DNA of 64,000 bases, taken from NCBI RefSeq assembly GCF_009914755.1, contig NC_060936.1, one strand, 5' to 3'. Source of the DNA: the human T2T-CHM13v2.0 reference genome, Homo sapiens. This document shows, piece after piece, positions 56,665 through 64,000 of the stretch. The position numbers and the translations under genes are program-made. Every line of letters begins with the position of its first letter. Position 1 is the first letter of the stretch. The notes beneath the pieces were generated by a model, which saw only the letters and a program-made list of their open reading frames with translations, did no database searches and was not told the origin of the DNA.

Positions 56665-57855
56665 CTGGAACCCAGCAGGACAGGACTCAGGCAGAGGTGG
56701 GGAGAGGACAGGGTGGTGGCAGGCAGATGTATTTGGGAGGAAATGGGGTGTCTCAAAAGGATGGTAGCACTGAAGAGCAATGACTTAGGGGAAGATGGGG
56801 TGGCCATGAGGTTTAAGGGGGTGTCAGGAGGAAGGGTGATCAAGGTGGACAGAGCGCAAATAGGGTCCCCCAGGAAGAAGCCTCTGCACCCCCCGCTATG
56901 ACCTGCCATTCCCCCTACTGCCACAGGAGGGAGGCAGAGGCTCCTGCATCCTGGGCTGTAGGCAGGTGCCCTGGAGCAGAGGGGGATCTCTTTAGCATTG
57001 ACACCACGACATCTGAATGTGCCTGGGACACTCTGCCACTGCACACCACCTCATGTCTGAGCGATGCTGTGTACGACACTGAATACAGCAATTGTTGCTT
57101 CTGTGGGAAGGTGGCGACAGATAGGAGCACACCCCTTGCCCTGGGGGAACAAACATATCTTATAAGGAGACACACAGCATAACACCCATGGACGTGCTGG
57201 GTACCCACTAGCCCAAGTTCATCCGCTGTGTGCAATGCTAGGATAATGGGCGACAAAGTGGCCAGCAGTTGTGGAGAAGAAGGAAGAGTCTGAGAGCCAC
57301 TTTGAGTGTGAAGTTTGGGAGCTTTACCATGCAAAAGCAGGTTTGCTTTGACCGGCACAGTGCAACCCAGGTGAAGATACTGGACAGGTAGGTTTTTTGC
57401 TACCTCTAGACAGGCCAGAGGGTCACCTGGCCTCGCCCCAAGTGGCATCCTCTGGTGTGACATCACCAGCCACCCCCGATCTCTCAGCATCAGCCTCTGC
57501 CCCTGTCCCACCCCAGAGCAAACCAGAACCACCTGCCCAAGACTCAACTCGCCCCTTTGGTTCAAGCCAAATAAAAATCCTCTCGGTTCCCTTTTCCCAT
57601 CTACACTCTGTCCCAGGTCTAGAGCAACCTCTTCATCTATAGGCTTCCTTCTCTAGTCTTCCTCCTCCAGGAAGCCTTCCTTTCTTGGAGGGATGCATGC
57701 CAAGCACCCCACCCTGCCCTCCAAAAATAACTCTCCATCACATTCCCATGGAAGAGGCATGCAGGTCCTTAAGGACAGTGGCCAGGGTTGAGAAGGAGGG
57801 TGCTAAGGGATGGGCTGTGCCAGCCCCAGGCCTGATGGAGCAGGACGAAGCATAC

Positions 57856-57994
57856 CTTTCAGGAGGGGGAGCTGGACGTCCTGGCCATCCATGGCAACTC
57901 CTGCCCCATGCTTCAGTTTCACAAGGCTGTTGTGCAGGCCAGGCAGCCGGACGGTGACGGAGCGGGTGCACACAGCGTCGCGGTCATCAGCACA
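57856..57994 (-). CDS. VWF: VWF exon 12 (139 nt): [46 protein letters not shown]
   Basis: translation; gcag|TGT, AAG|gtatgc. Confidence 0.97.
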
Positions 57995-58746
57995 CTGCCA
58001 AGAGGGAACACAGGGTGACTTTGCTGCACCCCCTGCCTATCCAGCTCCCCAGCCCAGGACCCTCTTAATCAGAGAAAGGCCTCAACCCGAGAGCCTCTGG
58101 CCTTCTCATAACCTACAACTCCATTCTCCCAGAATACTCCATGTGAATGGGGCCCCCTAGAGTTGTGCAGCAAGAAGGCTTGCTAAGTGCATCCTTGCAC
58201 ACGCCTTCTCCCAGCCTGGCCCAGTCTCTTATAAAGAACCATGGGCCTCTGCTTCATCGTGTTCCTTGGACCTACTGTTCCAAAGAGAATCAAAGACTTT
58301 GATCCTCAAGGAAAGCCCTGTGCATTCTCTTCGTCCTCATCTTTGCTTCCATCCCTACAGAAAGGAAGCCACACATGTACCACAGAGTTCAGAAGAGAAG
58401 ACCAGCCCTCTTTGCCCCCACCCCAGCCATCCCCAGCTCCAAACATCAGAGGGTTAGTTATGGGGGCAACAGGCTAGACCCAAGCAGGATGCGTCCACTG
58501 GGTGGGGAGCTGAGCCAGCCCTGAGGAGGCATTATTGTCAGGGCAGGATGCCTTCCGCCAGCATCTAGGGAGAGAGGGGATGGGCTGGGTTTCTGGATGA
58601 ATGAGGAGCTAACTGAAGTCTGGAAGAGACCTCCCTCATGCACAGAAAGCAATGCCCCACGCCTTCCAGGGACTGCCCATTCAGCCTAGCAGCTATGCAG
58701 CACCTTGGGCTACCACCCGACCAGCAGCCGGGCTGGCAAAGCTCAC

Positions 58747-58883
58747 CTGGACAGTCTCAATGACAATGGAGAAGGAGTGGTCCTGGCAATCCCGGGCCAG
58801 CAGGTACTGGCAGATCCCACTGAAGGTGAAGTATCTGTTGTCAAAGCTCTTGAAGTGTGATTGACCTGTGACAAGGCACTCCC
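58747..58883 (-). CDS. VWF: VWF exon 11 (137 nt), start of D2: [45 protein letters not shown]
   Basis: translation; ccag|GGGAGT acceptor, CAG|gtgagc donor. Confidence 0.97.
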
Positions 58884-61442
58884 CTGGAGAGACACAGAGG
58901 AAGGGAGAAGAATGGGAGGTGAGGGCACTTCCCCTGGGGTGGCCAAGGTGGAATGCATATGCAAGCAGGGTGCCCTTCCCCAAAACTGCATGGACGTCCT
59001 TTGCCCAAACCAGTCTAAAAACAAGTTCTACGAGAAAATTCGGTTCCTGCTCCTAAAACTGCAAGATGTCAGAGCTGGGTCATTCAGGTCAAGGCCTCAT
59101 TTTACAGATGGGGCAACTAAGGAAGGTGACAGAGCCACACTCAGTCAGTGGTGGAACCACGCAGGAACCCACGCTCCTGCTTCCAGGCTCCCTGCAGCCT
59201 CCCCTCCTCCCTCACAGCTCACTGCCATGTCCCACGCTACCTGCTGGCATCAGGGCCACACCAGCCTCAGACTGGTGCCAGCGGAATGCCTGGCCAGGGG
59301 GAGGCTGCCCAATAGCACAGGGTTCTCTGAACCTGAGTGTGGAGAGGCTCTGGGAAACAGTGTCACCCCTGGAGAGTCCCTGGAGGCCAGGGGGCAGAGT
59401 AGGCAGCCCAGAGGCAGGATGAGGTGGGAGGGTGAGGCAGGACAGTCTTGGAGCTCAGCAGTGAAAATGGGGACTCCATCCTCCTCACCAGCAGAGGGGC
59501 AACTCTAAGGCCATTGCTTTCTGCGTCCTCAGAGGGGCAAGCCCACGCTGTGACTCCAGCCAGGGCCAATGGGGAACCAGGAGGCCATCTGCCCATGATC
59601 TCACCACCACCCAGGCAGTGCTGACCTCGGCAGCGCCAGCTTCCCAGCCCAGGCTGACACATCTGTGGGTGGGGACTAGGACTCCCCTTCATCACCCTGC
59701 AACCCAAAGCCCTCAGCTTGTCCCCACCCTAATTCCCACACCATCTCCCCCACGCCCCAGCCTAGGCCCCATACTTGTGGCCCAATGCACCTCCAAACTG
59801 AGATCACACATCCTGGAAGGTGTCCTGGCAGGGGGAGGCCTCTGCCAATGTCTCCAGTGATTCTCCATCAACCTGCCTGGCTTGAGGCAATCCCATCTTC
59901 AGGGCCAAACATGGACCCATCAAAGCTGAAAAGGGCATCTGGATCCCTTCCCAACCTGCCCTATATATTTCCTCCACCTGCTCTCATCTTTGCTATCTAC
60001 TCTACAGAAAAAGAAATATATATAGAGAGAGACACCATTGCCATTTGGTGAAGGAGGAAGACTTTTCCCACCCAGTCACTCTACGGTGCATGTGTGAGTT
60101 CCTTTCTCTAAGGATCAAAGCAAAGATGAGGACACATAGAGTGCACAGGGCTTCCCCTGAGACCCTCCAAACAGCGGAAGCTTGGCTGTCTACAGCGCTA
60201 CCTCAGCCTCCACCTGAAGTTCCCCCTTTGGGGAACAGATGCTAGACCAACGTTGGAAAGACAAATGTAAGAGGGTCCTACAGACCATCCTATGTGGGCC
60301 CAGCTCCAGGGGCTAATGCTAGCCCTGTCACACAGCCAAGGGGTCCCCAAAAGGCACAGAGAGATTCTAGCTTGTCAAGGACAAGCTCCACAGGCCCTCA
60401 CTGTCTGGCACTTCATGCTCGCATGTGCCCTGACAGGCCCAGCCAGGGGCCAGGCTAGACTGTGCAGTCCTGGACCCAGGTGTGGGCCTGCCTTTGAGAT
60501 GTGTATGAAGGCAGGATTAAGGATGAGGTGCCTCAGGGATGTACACATCCCTCTGCCTGGTCCCCAGGACAGTGGATCCCTTCCAGGACAGCATGGGTCA
60601 GGAGGGCACATCCAGCCCAGAGGAAATTAGGAGAAAGTGGAAAGGCCCCAGATCACTCCCATCAGCATGGCCCACCTTCTCCGCTGCCCCCTCTAGAAGA
60701 GCGGGAGTGAGGAGTGACTGTTCGTGGAGGACAGAGCAGGCCACAAGATAGGGGCCAGGATCGTCCCAGCCCATTCTGGATGTGCTGTAATTTCAAGTCC
60801 AGTGAGGTCTCAGGAAAGCCTTTTTGAACTGACCATTTTTCAGAAATTATCATCATTCTACAAACACAGTAATATGGTCATTTGTGTCAAATGTCTTGAC
60901 CCCAGGGCAGTAAAAATGGGTGGGAATTCTTCCCCCTGCCTTTCTGTGTTTTCTCAGAGCACTCTTATCTAAGCAAGAAAATGGACTTCTGTCTTCTTTA
61001 ACAATACCCAGGAAAAGAAGGGTCAACGAGAAATGTGCAAATATTCGAAAGGAAAACTTTCAGGGCCAGCATCTAATCGTCTCATCTGATTTCCTTCTCT
61101 GACCTTCACTGACTTGTGTTCCCAAGTTTCTCGCAAATCAGAAGTCTAAATATTATATGAGCTTATCTCCTCGGTACAACTGAGCAACAGAGCCACAAAC
61201 ACAGGAAAATGGGTGGGTGAGCTGCCAGGTAGCCGTTAGCCACGGGAGCTAGAACGTCAGCCAGAACTATGGGCCATGCGAACACGCTCACCCATCCTCC
61301 ACCCAGGATGGGACACTAGGATATTCCCCATCAGTCAGCAACAGGCAGCTCCTGACGAACAGCGGGCCCACCACTAGATGGAGATGGGCACTGGAAGTTT
61401 GGGGAATGAATGAAAGGCAGGTGATTCCTAAAACTGCATTTA

Positions 61443-61843
<401 letters not shown>

Positions 61844-62084
61844 CTAATGGAAGCACATTACCTCTTCTAAACAAACCCTTTGGTTTGCAGTAGTGAGCCC
61901 TGGACGCGGCTGCCCTGCTCCAGACCATTTGTTTCCCCAGCCCCACAACCCTCTACCTCCCAAAGCCTTCCCTGCAGAAATGCCCAACCCACAGGCCTTT
62001 AGCAAAGCAACTCAGACTTCCACCAGATGCAAATTGTCACCAAAGCCTGCAACATAATCTCTACCAAATGTGCAAGATGCATTT

Positions 62085-62760
<676 letters not shown>

Positions 62761-64000
62761 ATAAGATACATTTCCAAGTGCTCCATGGAAACCATCTCAT
62801 TGATTGCTCCTATGAAGTGCTCATTATTATCCCCAGTTTACAGATGAGGAAACTGAAGCATAGAGAAGTTCAACTCATCCAAGTTCCCAAAGAAACTGAA
62901 CAGGGATCTGAATACGGGCAGGTCTGTCCAGCTGCAGAGCCCAGAGCCCTTGATGCCACCTAAAACTGCCTCCCGGGTTGGCTCCTACCATTTCTCACAT
63001 GGCTGATGTCATTCTAATCCTCCTCCAGGGGCTGCAGAGAAGCTCCGGCCTGCTCCTCACTTTACAAGCAGAGCCAAGCATATCCCCTCCAGAACCATAC
63101 CGCCTATTCTTCCCATCAGAAGCTCTATCTGCAGTCATCACACTGGGAGCATCAGACAGCCCCACTGCCTGCTGAGTCATGGCAGGGTGTGGAAATATGC
63201 TTGTGTGCGTGGGTGCAAATGGACCGGGAGGCGATGATCAACAAAACTCCCAAACTAGAAAAAGATGGTCAGAGCCAGGGCTTTGAGAATGCAGAGAAGA
63301 GCGTAGTGGTTTTGTTGGCAAAATATCAAACCACTTAGTAGACAGAATTGACACTGTTTATCTTTTCATCAAGACATCAAGAGAATGTCTTACATCCTCA
63401 GCAAAGTCATCTTCTAGATTTTGAATTGAAGACCAGAGGACTGTATTGTCTGCCCCAGAAAACAGTCCATCATGTACATAGTTGGTGTTCAAATAGTACT
63501 TGGATGAATGGACAGTTGGAAGGATGATGGACGGAAGATTCACCCTATAGTAAGTACTTGTTAAAACTTCCTAATCTGGTGGTTACAAACGTCTAAAAAA
63601 ACACACACAATAAACTGAATTCCTAATTCCATCCACTGTGGCTCACAGATCTCATACAATGAGTGCTTATTATTTAAATGTTAAAAGTGTTTTCACAGGT
63701 TAATTGCAGCAACTCATATGTCTTCCAAAGAGCTCCTTTAGTCTTGGACATGGTGTAATTACGTTCAGTGGAGCACAGATATCCCTTTCAAGAGCAATCT
63801 TTTCTCCTTCGTGCCTTCTTTAAGGGTTACACAAAAGATAACCTGGCTGGGTGACCATCTCTTTGCAAGACTAACTGATCTAGCCCACATCTAGTTCCAG
63901 AATTTTCCCAGTGTAGAGGACACTGGATGAGGTCCTGAGTCATCCTAAAGTCTTTAACTCACAGACCCTAAATACAGTCCCAGGTATCCAAGCTCAACCC

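Noticed and set aside
56915-59508. Long ORFs 56915..57565 (-, 216 aa) and 58861..59508 (+, 215 aa)
   Set aside because: Appear to start at non-ATG codons; no recognisable homology or codon signal; expected by chance in GC-rich intron

Overview
This window is human (or near-identical great-ape) genomic DNA from inside the von Willebrand factor gene (VWF), transcribed on the minus strand. It holds 24 consecutive coding exons, exon 11 (58747-58883) to exon 34 (5166-5343). All are GT-AG bounded, have the expected lengths and keep one open frame, so this is the functional gene and not the chr22 pseudogene VWFP1, which covers only exons 23-34. The encoded part spans about aa 386-1948: propeptide D2, the furin site RSKR|S764, D'-D3, A1, A2 (ADAMTS13 site Y1605-M1606), A3 and the start of D4. 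The haplotype carries several common alleles that, from recall, differ from RefSeq (R484, A789, R852, A1381). Introns contain many Alu, L1, L2, MIR, MaLR LTR and DNA-transposon relics plus microsatellites; subfamily calls were made by eye. Nearly all other ORFs in the track are spurious. I found no convincing new multi-gene system. The best leads are non-coding: (1) a ~370-nt UG-rich tract abutting a perfect cryptic 5' splice site in intron 20, (2) a triple-hairpin/tandem-duplication scar in an intron-28 MIR, (3) an intragenic CpG island with promoter motifs and a CpG-preserved AluJ, (4) a near-zero-spacer inverted Alu pair, (5) a CpG-rich patch with a perfect CLEAR/E-box in intron 18, and (6) an orphan internal L1PA fragment next to exon 22.
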